The notes under the pieces are model-generated. The model did no database searches, had not been told where the DNA came from, and was given only the letters and a program-made list of their open reading frames with translations. The translations under genes were made by a program, and so were the position numbers. From Pelomyxa schiedti (taxonomy: Eukaryota; Protista; Evosea), in contig JAHLWZ010000711.1 in NCBI GenBank assembly GCA_020536535.1, positions 1 to 64,000 of the forward strand: a DNA stretch of 64,000 nucleotides, given 5' to 3'. Shown piece by piece: positions 36,822 to 48,559 of the stretch. The first letter of the stretch is position 1. The number at the start of each line of letters is the position of its first letter.

Positions 36822-37747
36822 TCAAAACACCAGGAATTTTGCAATTTTAGTCAGGAGAAACCCGGGTAGTGCTAGCAAGGAGCTGTCCTTTCCGGTTCTG
36901 GGGTGGTGTGCACAAAGAACGGAAATAACAGCCTTCCTGTAAGCATGGAGGCCATATTTGCGCCACGTGAGGCCACAGATGTAGGGAAATTTGCCACTAC
37001 CCCAGCGGCATAGTGAATCCTGCAGAATTTTGTTGGTGACGTGCCGGGGAGTGGATGTTGCAGACTCTCTCTGGTTCTGCATTGCACAGAAAATCCTATC
37101 AGAGTACGGTTTGAGGTGAATTGTGCCCCATTTCTTGGGATCGTCCGGAATACCGTGATGCGAAGTGTTGCACCAGGTGCCTGGCTTGATGAAGCACAGC
37201 TGGTGAACTCTTACGGTGTAAAAGGGCACAAATTCTTCAATTTGCAACGCTCCTGGTAGAGAGGGCCGTATGATTTCCGAGGAAGGAAATGAATGGAATT
37301 ACACAGGAACTTAGGGTCAAAAATGCTTACCTTTGCTTGCACGGTATAGCAAAGGACCGGAGCAAACAACTTCTCCAACTTCGTTCACAGTCCACACTCC
37401 CTCGCTTAGTCCAAAATATGCCACACTGGTACCACTAGTTTAAATAGAAATGGGTTAGTAGATAACCCTAGTAGTAGTCGAAAGCATTTAATGTATCTGT
37501 GAGGTATATCTGGGGGGTATTGTTTGTGCGCACATACAAGATGTCTCAGCCAACTCATAGTGACTACGACCCTTCTCGTCAGTAGACAACGCTAGAATTA
37601 CATCGTGTTTGCTCTATGTTTCGTTTCATGGTTTCATTCAACAACATCGAAGCAAACATGGTGCAGTGAGTGGCTCCACATTCCGTCCACCATCGTTTCG
37701 TCGATCAAAACATCGTCGGTGTACCCTGACCCTTCGTTATTTCCCAT
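36822..37747 (-). CDS. Hypothetical protein with C-terminal HPRxG...LP..LL..I motif
   Basis: Spliceable exons MGNNEGSG..., HDVILALSTDEKGRSHYEL, EGVWTVNEVGEVVCSGPLLYRASK, and the last exon ending AVISVLCAHHPRTGKDSSLLALPGFLLTKIAKFLVF. The start is tentative. Confidence 0.6.
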
Positions 37748-37993
37748 ACGGCCGGGTAATTCTCCTAACTAACACAATAGTGCCCCAGATGGAATTGGCA
37801 GTCATGGTGTAGCAGCTGGTTATTTGGCGAAGGTTAGTTCGCAGTAGATCTCTGCTTAAAAAGCTCCACACAATACTTCTGTAATTTTGTATGGCAGAAC
37901 CAATAACTCTCACTAAACTGAGGTCTGACGAAACAAAAAAAAGACTTTTTTTCCCCTCCCAAGGATGGAATAAGTAAAAGCAACAAACAAATT

Positions 37994-40021
37994 TTAGAAG
38001 CGGAAGCCAAATTCCTCCCCAAACTCGGCTTTGGACTCTTTGTTGAAAATCTCGATGTACTGGTGAATGGTGGTGACGGCAAGCAGAATTCCTGTTCCTG
38101 ATCCAATGGCACCCATAAAGTCCGCCGTGACTGTTTTGTTTGTTACTACTGAGCTGGGGGTGGAAAGTAAAAGGAAGATACCAGACAAAGCACCAATGCA
38201 GAGACCGCCAAGAGCGGCTGCTGTTGGGATGTATCTGTTGAGTCGCTTCTCCATGGAAGTGTCCCTGTAGCCTGCGAGTGTCATTCTCTTGTCACGAAGG
38301 TCTTTGGCCACATCCGCAGCTGAGCTGCCTGAGACCTCAATCCAGGTCTTGGAAAACACCGCACAAGTGGTAAGAACGAAGGTAACATAGACGATTCCGT
38401 GCAGCGGGTCTAGGAAAGTGGTAAATATCACGAAGCCAAAGGAAACCATTAAGTACACACCCGTTAAAAACGCGTACATGCTGTTTGGAGGTGACAGGTA
38501 ATAAGCCAGACCTCCAACAGGGACTGACTGCCCTTGAGAACCAGGTGGAATCTGGAACGAATGAGATCGTTTGCTGTAAAAAGGTAAGGTTGTACCTCCC
38601 ACTGGCCGATAAGGCTCACAAATGGGTAATCTCCATAACGGCGATAGATCAACTGTGAAAGGAAATACATGTTGCTGACCATGGCAGTTTGCAAGATAAT
38701 TGGAATGTTGCTTGTGTAGAAGAGCTATCGTAGAGATTACTAAAAAGTATGCAGGAAATGCGTATGGACCTTAATTGGGTAGGAACCACCAGGACCCCTT
38801 ACGTTCTGAGAGTGTAAGGCGAGCTGCACTCTGAACCCCTATGAATTGTTGAGGAAATTATTTTACTTACGAGACAAACCTGGAACTCGATAACAACTAA
38901 GAAGATAATGATAGTAGCAATAAGATTTGTAATGTTTGGCAGGTTGGAGCGGTAAAAGGCCTCTTTCAATGCACGGACCTTGTCCGCACGTGTAATGAGA
39001 AGGTGGAAGAGTGCGATAATGGCTCCCTCAAACTCGACACCTGGAAGGTTATGGTTTGACGGTTCATATGATTGAAATAAAGGTACCTCGACCACTGTTC
39101 ACGGTGGCGGGGCTCAGAGATTTCCAGATAATATTCTCACAAATATTGGTGGCAATAAACAAAGAAATGCCAGAGCCCAAACCATAACCCTTTTGGAGTA
39201 GTTCATCCTTTTGGATACTAAGATCACACAGTTGTATTAAAGAGGAGAGCACACAAGGGTGATGACAATGATGCCGGCAAACATAAGTTGCACGATGATT
39301 AGGAAACCGTTTATAAAACCAAGGTCACGAGGGTCTCCGTACATGCCTTTATGGATAGTTATTCCATGCACTACTAGTAGACTCAAAAGAGATTACCAGA
39401 CAACACATATGCTGTGCCTTGTCCAATCGTGATAATCATACCAAAAACTGAGCAAACAATTAGGGTGAGAAAGCCCAACAAAATAAGTACGTTTTTGTGC
39501 GCCGTTGAAGAGTGCACGATCCTCGCGAAGTCCTTGATCCACAGAGATAATCTTCGACCCGGCAAGAAGTTGCATCACAAGGGAGCTGGTGACAATAGGG
39601 CTGGAGGAGTGTAAGCCATTTCAAAAACTAACATGCACCCCCCAGCTCACCTGATTCCCAACTCCATCAAAGTTCCACGGTTTGATGCCATCACCACACG
39701 CGCCCAGTAGAATGGGTCAACATCAGTTGCTTTGATTCCAAACAGTGGGATTTGGCAACAAACAAGGAAAATGAACAATGTGATCACTGTCCACAACAAC
39801 TTCTCGCGGAATTGAACCTATTGTGTCCAAAGCCAGAGAGACCATACTTCAGCCAGTTGCCACAAAAAACGAAAGAAAAAAAACGGAGAGCAGACGACAA
39901 CAACGAATGCGAACTACGCAACAACAACAAAGATCTACGACAAGTGTACCTTGCGGTCCGGTTGTGCGACCTCCGGGAGGACGTTCAAAAATGGCTTCGT
40001 GAGCTGTAGGAACCGCACCAT
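37994..40021 (-). CDS. SEC61A: Protein transport protein Sec61 alpha subunit
   Basis: [24 protein letters not shown]; CCQIPLFGI; [12 protein letters not shown]; [27 protein letters not shown]; [13 protein letters not shown]; [20 protein letters not shown]. Confidence 0.97.
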
Positions 40022-40316
40022 TTTTTACTTAAAAATGGTTTTTTGTCTTGTGTTGCAGCGACTTTTTCCAATTTTTCTTTTCTACTTTAGACCGTCGTTG
40101 TTTGACGTGGCTCTAATACAGTTGACGAGATTTTGACTTTATCTTCAATCACAAGGATCAGCACAGTCCTGCGGTGAACATCCATGGATAATCATAGCAC
40201 AATCCCCAGATCGTCTGGTCATTCTAGACAAGAGTTGGGCCCTGGAAACAAATCTTCACAATTTCCAACTTGGGTTCGAACGAAACGAACAAACGAGGTG
40301 AAGTTAACGAACGTCG

Positions 40317-41358
40317 ATGGCTGCCACGACTTGTACAACACAGCACACACAACGGTACCATCCCATAATTGGGTGTGAAGGCGAGGCCTTGGTGACGGCT
40401 GAGCTCCGTGGTTCGTTGTTGGAAGTGGCCGCTTGGGCTCTGCATGTAAATCCCTTCTAATACAATGAAGTCCCCACGCACGAAATATCGTGGAGTGATT
40501 TTAATACGAAGGGGCAAAAAAAACCAAACAGAACAATACATTTTACCAAAGAAAGTTTGATGAAGCTTGTTGTTTTGACACCTCTGATGTATTTAATTGG
40601 CTCAAAGAGGGCAAGCCAATTGAGATGTCTTTTTCTGGGGATACACTGATTCTATTGTAGAAATTACAATCACAACACTCATCACACTGAACGACCTCTT
40701 AAAAAATAAACACACCAGGTGCACGGGAACAAACATGAAAATAAAGCTAGCACTTCCACAAGGTACTGTCCCTGTTCAAGATACAACCAGACTTGCCTTG
40801 GAAGTTGCATCTTTGCGTTCTGAGATACAAAAGCTCAGAAATGTGAAGAAGTGCTCTTGGTGTATTTTTTATCCTGGAAGGACTATTACTGGAACGGCGT
40901 GGCAAGATATACCTCTCAGTTGCACATTAAAATGTCTCTCAGCTGTCAAGGTTCTACTACTTTAACTACACTATCACATTAGAATCGTTGGCTAACCAAT
41001 GGCCAGGTAACCATACAATTCAGTGCACTCATAAATCCAGTCTATGGAGGTGCTAGAATCATGATGGATGGAACGACTGTATTTGGAAAACAACCTACCT
41101 ACGGGCTACAGTGGCTTGCTCCACAAACGGGAGTTTGGTGTCGTGTGTCTCACTCTCCTTCATACATTTTCCTCCCTTGTATAACCCCAAAAAAAAGATT
41201 ACAACATTGCCCGGATCCTCGAGCCCATCACACCCGGCGTTCACACATTCACAGTCCAACTTCGTGCACAGAACGACGGCGGGACCGTACAGATACACGG
41301 AGGCGACGCCGATACCCAGTTCTGTCCTGCCTCTCTGTTTGTGGAGAACGTGGAGTGA
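40317..41358 (+). CDS. Multi-exon hypothetical protein (small N-terminal domain, short coiled coil, beta-rich C-terminal domain); not visible as one ORF
   Basis: MAATT...YHPIIGCEGEALVTAELRGSLLEVAAWALH; RKFDEACCFDTSDVFNWLKE; LALEVASLRSEIQKL; VYGGARIMMDGTTVFG...; DYNIARILEPITPGVHTFTVQLRA...LFVENVE-stop, with GT-AG boundaries. Confidence 0.55.
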
Positions 41359-41492
41359 CCTGTCGCACGAACGGGGGAAGGAGAACTTTGCGAAACTTGG
41401 TTGTTAGTGTCCAAGACAACCCGTTGGTTGAAGCCTTCAAAAAAATAAAGCCAAGTCAAAACAAGAAAGAAGGACAGAAAAAAAAAAAACAA

Positions 41493-42008
41493 ATGAGCGG
41501 TTGCTGCCCTAGTTCGCCGCGCAGCGGGGAGGAGATCAACTCGGACGACGATGACGAAGAGAACGAAGACGTGACCACGCACCACCCGCTCGCGATGCCG
41601 TCGATTTCCTCCGACTCCGCGTCGTGCGCCGCCTCGTCGCCTCCCTCTTCGCACCAGCGCGACTGCCTGCTTCCCCGTCTCACGAGGCCGACGTCTCTCG
41701 AGCCCGAGCTGCAGCGCCGCGTTTTCGCGTACACCACCGACGGCGCGAACCGCTGCGTCGCGTCGCCCATCGTCGACGACATCGTCGGCAAGCGGCGGTG
41801 CAAGGACAACCTCGGCAGCATGGGCTCGCTGTGCTACGTGCGCGTGCTCGCCGAGGACGACCCAGACCGCGCCACGCTTCTGCGAAAACTGGCGGGGGAG
41901 GAGCCCTGGGCGTCGCCGGCTGAAGCCAGAGCTGTTGGTGTTTTGCTTGGAATGGCTATTGGTGACAGTTTTGGTGCTAGGCTGGAAGTATGCTTTTCTT
42001 TTTTTCCC

Positions 42009-42040
<32 letters not shown>

Positions 42041-43341
42041 TTTCCCGTTTTTTTTTCCCTTTTTTCCCCCCCTTTTTTTTTCCTCTTCCCCTCTTTTCCT
42101 TCCTTTTGTTTCCTAAGTTAGTTTGGTTTTGCTTTGTTTTGTTTTCTTTTGTGTATTAACCTGGTGTAGTTTAGCCATATACGTTATGGAGTCATTACAC
42201 TTAGAGATATGAACAATGCTGGTGGAAGTTTTGGACTACGATCGGGTCAGTGGACAGACGATAATTCAATGGGTCTATGTGTTGCAGATTCTCTGCTTTC
42301 TTCTCACGGGACTCTTGACCCCCATGATCTTATGATACGATTCCAAGCCTGGTGGAACGGTGGCTACAATAACGGGTTCTGCTATGACTCAAGCAACCAC
42401 TGGAAGCATTCTGTTGGACTCGGTGGAAATGTGACCTCCCTTCTACACTAGTCCCGTCTGTTTTATTTATCTGGAATTTAGATTTCCATGTCCATGCACA
42501 GCTATTTAAGACAAGGAAATCCCTATACGACAGCTGGTGATAGAGAAACGAGTGGCAATGGTTCCATAATGCGTAATGGTGCCCCACCAGTTTGCCATCA
42601 TGATAACATCGCCCTTGCTGAGGAGGTTGATTATTCGTTTCACTCGCATATTTTTGACAACTCTTCCAGACCGCAAGGCTACAGAGTTTAGTTACACACC
42701 AAGGTGACGAGGCCGCTGAATGCTGTAGGCTGCTTGCCCATGTTGTTGTAAAAGGTAACTGAGTAAAAATTATCCCAATTTGTTCTGACAAGTAGTAGCA
42801 ATCAATGGAGAAAGTAAGGAATCCATCATGACCAACCTTGGTACCACTTTCCACAGTGAAGTTCCGTCTGCGCGAGCCCTTGCGCGAAGTGAGACTGAGA
42901 ACGGTGATCCAAATCGCAATTGGCAGTGGCGTGCCGATGAGTACCGATACAGCCCTAAGAGAGCAAATATGCAGCCAGGGTACATTGGCAGTTACGCAAT
43001 GGATGGCTTGTGCATGGCGTTGCATTGCATATGGACGTAAGTCGATTTTATTTTTAAAGTGCAAAGCTAAACTCTACATAGAACCAACTCATTCGAGGAA
43101 GCCATAATTAAATCAGCCAACTTATGTGGTGATGCCGACTCTGTCACATCTGTCACAGGCCAAATGGCTGGTGCTTTGTACGTCTCCCCCATTCCCAACA
43201 CAACGCGAAGCTAACAGCCACACAAATAGGTACGGGGCAAACACAATACCGCAGGATTGGATGAATAAAGTGATGCAATGGGATGGTCATGGTGACATAC
43301 CACTCCGCGCCTACAGGCTGTTCCACCACAAATACCTGTGA
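41493..43341 (+). CDS. ADP-ribosylglycohydrolase (ARH/DraG family)
   Basis: LLGMAIGDSFGARLE; GQWTDDNSMGLC; GNGSIMR; QS..THQG; GDADSVTSVTGQMAGA.YG...IPQDW. Confidence 0.92.
41995..42110 (+). repeat. Long polypyrimidine/poly(T) tract inside the first ARH intron
   Basis: About 115 bp made almost entirely of T/C, including a run of more than 20 T. Confidence 0.9.
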
Positions 43342-43600
43342 TCGGCCCCCAGCACCCATTCCTTTCATCATCCAGTAACCACCACCACGTTTTCTGTGTG
43401 TCACTTCAGGGTAGTTCTTTACCTGGTTCAGTTCTATCTAATCTTGAAGTTACCTTTCTTTTTCTTATCTTCTTTCGTTTCTTCATTGTCATCAAATTCA
43501 CGAAAGGAATCAAAAAACGAAAAAAACTTTCGTGAAGAACGGCGATGTCAGGTGTCGTTTAACCCGTTTTTTTCCGTGACACCCATGAACTAATCATACA

Positions 43601-46600
43601 ATGACAGGAGATCCATACAACGACGACGAGGCCTGGACGCCCCCTCCAACGACGCCCAACAAGATCAACACCACCATCGCCGCCAACAACAACACCAACA
43701 CCAACACCACTGCGAGATCGTTGGCACCAACGGGGTACGAGGACAACCTGGCGTCTTCCCACCTACCATCACCATCGTCGTCAACAGCAACAGCAGCAGC
43801 ATCGGCTCCCATAATCAACAGAACGGCGGCACGCACCAGCAGCACCAAAAACAGCGGATACGAGGAGGACGAAGAGGAAGAGGAGGAAGAGGAGGACGAC
43901 GACGAGGGCGGGGGCCTGTACAAAATCAAAGCGACGCCCGGCCGCGGCGGATACGAAGACGACCAAGACGAAGGTGGAGACAACGCACTGTACAACGTAG
44001 ATGCCAACGGGTACGACGACGGCAGCGGCGGCGGGGGCGGTGGCGGGGGCGGCAAGGGTGGCGGGAGGGCAGCAGCAGCCGCGGCGGCGGCGGCGAGGAA
44101 GCCAGGGGGCCCGCAGAAGGGACCTGTGCCAACGCCCATGCCCACTGCTTCTGGTTCCGGGGCATTGTCACATTCGACCACTCTGGTGGCTTTGAGTGTA
44201 CATTCAGGTTGGTTGGCTTTCGTATTCAATTCGAATTAAATACTAGAATGGTAAAGCAAAATAACCATGACAGAAAACTCCTTATTAGCACATCCCTTTT
44301 CAACGTGCCTTTATAAACAAAAAAATAATCGATTCTGAATTTAATGGTAACTAATATGTTCAATCCAAAACAGGCTCTCCAACAGATGAAGGATTCGGTA
44401 TTTTTCCACCCCAAACTTTGTTACATTGCCCAATCATGATTTCAACACATTTTAGATCCACACACTTGGAACAAAAACTTCCAGGATGGTTTGGATGCTC
44501 TGCGAGCATGTGAAGATGGAACTACAACTGCCCTCGATCCTAACCACCATGACCAACTGGTGGCTGCTTGGACAATGATTAGGAATGCTGCTGCTGATTT
44601 TGTTCATGCAGCTCAAGTTTATGGCAAAATTATCATTGGAGAACAATTTTTACCAATGGCACAAAAGTCAATTAAACCGGCCAAAGTAGGAGGTGTTGCT
44701 GGTGGAGAGGTTTGTTCTTCTCCCTTTTCAGGTTTTTTGTAACTTTGCAACAAGAAATTTATTGTGAATGGCATCTTATTTAAATTTGCCAGAGATTTTA
44801 ACAATCTCTATGGAGGTGACGATGATATTACTTCAAAAGTTGCAGGACATGAGCTTAAGGTACCTTTTTTTTTTTAAAGGGCTTACTTTTTTGTATTTAT
44901 ACAAAACTTTATAGAGTTGCGTTCGATTTTTTGATGCTGCTAAATCTAAAATCAGAGTGCCACTTATGGCTACTGTGGGTAAACAAAGACATTTGCCTTC
45001 AGTGCCCTTATTTTTTTGTTCCCTGTTTTCACAACTAGGTTGATTACCTTGGATTTAGGCTTACGGCAATTTCACTCATCCCAATTATTCCAAGCTCGTA
45101 TGTGCCATTTCCTCACATTTTTTTCTTAAAATATTCCCAGTTCACCAGTCTATGGTTCAAGAGATGGAGGAAACACCATATACCACAGTGACCCAGTTGT
45201 CAATGAATTAATGAAGAGCATATGCGGTACTATGAACCTTAAGGAACATCTATGTGGTCTCAAGTACTTGGCAACTTCTGTGGAACCTTTTACTAATAAG
45301 GATATTAAGAGCAGACCACTTGTTGAGTGGTCCTACTGACATAGAAGTGCATAAAGGAACTGATGGAAACTACTATGTGCCTACCCTTTATTTTCCTTCG
45401 AACTTCATTCTTAAAGTGAAGTAGGTTCTTGATGTTTCCAGATTATTCCCCCCTGAAACTCCTATTCCAACGTTAGTTCTTCTTCTGGATGCCAGTAGTT
45501 TTTAAAGTACTGTAGGGTTGTCCGGTGCTACCTCCATCGGCTTCTTCGTCCTGAATTAGTACTCTCTAGTACAAAGGCACTGTCTTCAGATGCTTTATCT
45601 CCTTTTTCCCGTGCTGACCCCGACAATGCAAAATTGAATGCTGATGTAAACGAATTAACTGATACTTTGCACCAAAAGGTTTTTTTTTACTATTTGCTCT
45701 GCACTTGCTCATTGTTTAAGATTATCCCCGAATTTGCTGAAATGCTTGATACAAAATTTGTAAATATCAGTCCTTCAGATCCTGCCACCCTTGAAATCAG
45801 CTCCAAGATGCATGCAGCTGGTACCTTTTCTTCATCGGGGGGAAATTAAGATTAATCCAGGAATCAATCTGCGACACTATGGGGAAGTTTGGGCACTTTG
45901 CAAGCAGTCATCTGTGAAGGAAATCCTCAAAACCGAAATTGCATCACGGGCAATCAAAGTATATTTCCCTCTCATGTAAAATCCTGTGTAAATTACCTTT
46001 GGGCTAGGTAATTTTACGCAAAAAGCTGCGTGAACTAATGAAAGTAGAGAAAAGATTATCACAGACTCCTTTCTCCCATTTAATTGTTGAATATATCAAT
46101 GTAGTGCTATGTACTGTTGCTTCAACCAAGTACATTTCTTGGAAAAAATTAACAGTGGTAATTTTCCTCTTAGGGAGACAATTATCAGACGTGCCGAACT
46201 GGAGACACGAGACAGGCTGATGAAAACTGAGTGGGAAAATGTGATACATCCCCGAATGGCAACTTATACAGGTTACAATGCACCATGGTACATCAGCATG
46301 TCTGCTGAACCACTGGTGTGCAAAAACTGTATTAAATCACCACCTAAGCTTGAGAAAGGGTGTACTGAGAAGATTAGAAGATATGATGGGGCTTCAGTTT
46401 TCCACACAATCGACAAAGAGCTTCTTTATTGATAAAATTTGTGGATTTTCGTTTTCTGATCGTGATCTCTTGTCTCTGCCTGGCAAGGTATAGACACTTT
46501 GATTCATCAACCTCTCACACCAACAGATAACACATATGAATCTCTTTTCAAGTAGTCCTCTTTAACTTGTTTTATACCGATCAACATTTGATTAGTTGCT

Positions 46601-48285
46601 GATGGCCATGTGCTTGCCCTTGATGCCTCCAAAGCAGCGCCAGAGACAACTGCCCAATTTCTTCGCCTAAGTGTTGACTCCTTTAAATCTGTGATATATG
46701 GAAATCCCAAGTCTTGTCGGTTCCTGCACCACACACTTTGTTCTAACTACTTCCAGATGACTTGCTTTACAGCCTATCCATGTCTCAACTGCGTCTGGGA
46801 ATCTTCACTAGCGACACGCAGGTAATTAACGACGCCTATGAAAATCTTCTTGTTGCTGCCGAAGTTTCTGGTTCCGTTGATCAGTTTGATACCCTTCCTT
46901 GGTTACAAGAATTATTGATCTTCTTGTAACAGAAAAATCTCTACTGCCATGGACACGTGCAAAATAGCTGAAGGATTTGTGCAAATGCGAAAAGACCATC
47001 ACCACATTCCTGCTGGTGGAGACGTTATCTCTATGGCTCTACAAAATGATTGCTGTCTTGCTCTAGGAAGAAATGTATCACGTTGATCCCTGCAGTGTTT
47101 TAACATGCCCTTAAAGGATGGCACAGTTGAGAAAGTCGACATCACTAAAGAAAAGAGAAAACGGGATACACTAACACAAGAAGGAGGTAGAATAACCGGC
47201 ATAGCCTTCCAAGGTGCTACAATGATAACAAGCATATACAGTGATAAAGTTCTGGTATATACGTTAATTTCCCTCTACGAAACTGATCTATTTTCACAGC
47301 TCTGGAACAAAAAGGATCGAGTTAAATCAGTAATTGAGTGTAAGTTTCTTCCACGATGCATGTGTGTGGTGGAAAAGAAACTCATCGTTGGTGGTGGGAG
47401 AGAGTATGCACCTTCTTTCCTAAGAGGTCTTTGTAATTTTTCTAATCTTTTAAGTAATAAGCCCATTGGATATATATCAATGTGGGACCTCGATACAGTA
47501 GACTCCGCTCCAGTGACGTTCGAAGGACATGTTGGATGGTATTTTTCTTGCCACTCCCCATTTCCTCTCTAACAATGTTAAAGTGTTGTAGCAATGATTA
47601 CCTCAACGTTGCAGCACCTTCTTGTTAGTGCCGGGTTGGATGAAGTGCGGCTGTGGGACCTTGAATCACACCAGCTTGTTGCGAAAATACCCATTACCAG
47701 CCGAGTCAATTGTATTACATTTTGCCAAAACGACTCTACTCTCATAACCGGCTCTGATGACGGCCTGCTAAGGTTAAAAAAAAGCCAAAAACAACCCCCA
47801 CAACAAAAAAGAAAAAAACCCCAGAACAACAAAACAACCAAAAAGAAAAGAAAAACAAACAAACACTGCAATTCACAGTAACTAACACAACCAACAGAAT
47901 GTATATGCTGGATTCCACACGGGTTCCCAGGCAGATAGGCCTGATCCACGGTCACTCGGCGGCCGTCACTTGCCTGCAGGTGACCACGGCTCCCATAAGC
48001 CTGCTTATCTCGGGCAGCAGCGACGGCACGCTGCGGTTCTGGCTCCCCTCGCAGTGCTCGCAGCTCGGAATCTGCGTGGGCGTGATACACAACGGGCCCC
48101 CGGTGCTGATGGTGCAGGCCCTGGCCCAGACCAGCCCAAGGAAGAGCGGGACTGGGAGCGGACCCGGCGAGGTGCTGCTACTGGCGTGCTCGTCGAAGGA
48201 GGTGCACGTGCACGCGATCCAGCTGGGGGCCTTGGTCAAGAGCGTGCCGGATTTGGCCTCGGCGCTTTCGTCTTTGGCATTCTAA
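43601..48285 (+). CDS. Clu (clustered-mitochondria central) domain protein, apparently with C-terminal WD40 repeats
   Basis: WNKNFQ...DFVHAAQVYGKIII.E.FLP..K.IKP..VGGVAGGE / KFIVNGILFKFA / SKVAGHELK / VPLMAT.DYLGFRL / YGSRDGG / GPTDIEVHKGTDG.YY. Later LLVSAGLDEVRLWD, LITGSDDG and GHSAAVTCL...ISGSSDGTLRFW (WD40). A single gene is assumed. Confidence 0.75.
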
Positions 48286-48559
48286 GCGTTTGGCACTTTG
48301 TAATGTGTCAAAAAAGTTGAGTTGCTTCTTTGTTCTTTAACACTCAGAAAAACGAAACAAATCTCGGGTGAGCAGAGGTGCTTCATGAAGAGAGGAGGTG
48401 TGAGATAGACTGGGGAGTGAAGTCTACACTTGGATCGAGGCCAAGAAGAGAGAACGAGATCTCAGTTGCACTTTTAATTGTCGGGTTTAATTTCTTCGGA
48501 CAGAATAAATCGAAAACAAACTTTCTACACCGTGAAGTCAAGCACGTAACCCGTAACCA

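Noticed and set aside
43594-44229. 211-aa minus-strand ORF
   Set aside because: Antisense of the low-complexity first exon of the Clu-domain gene.
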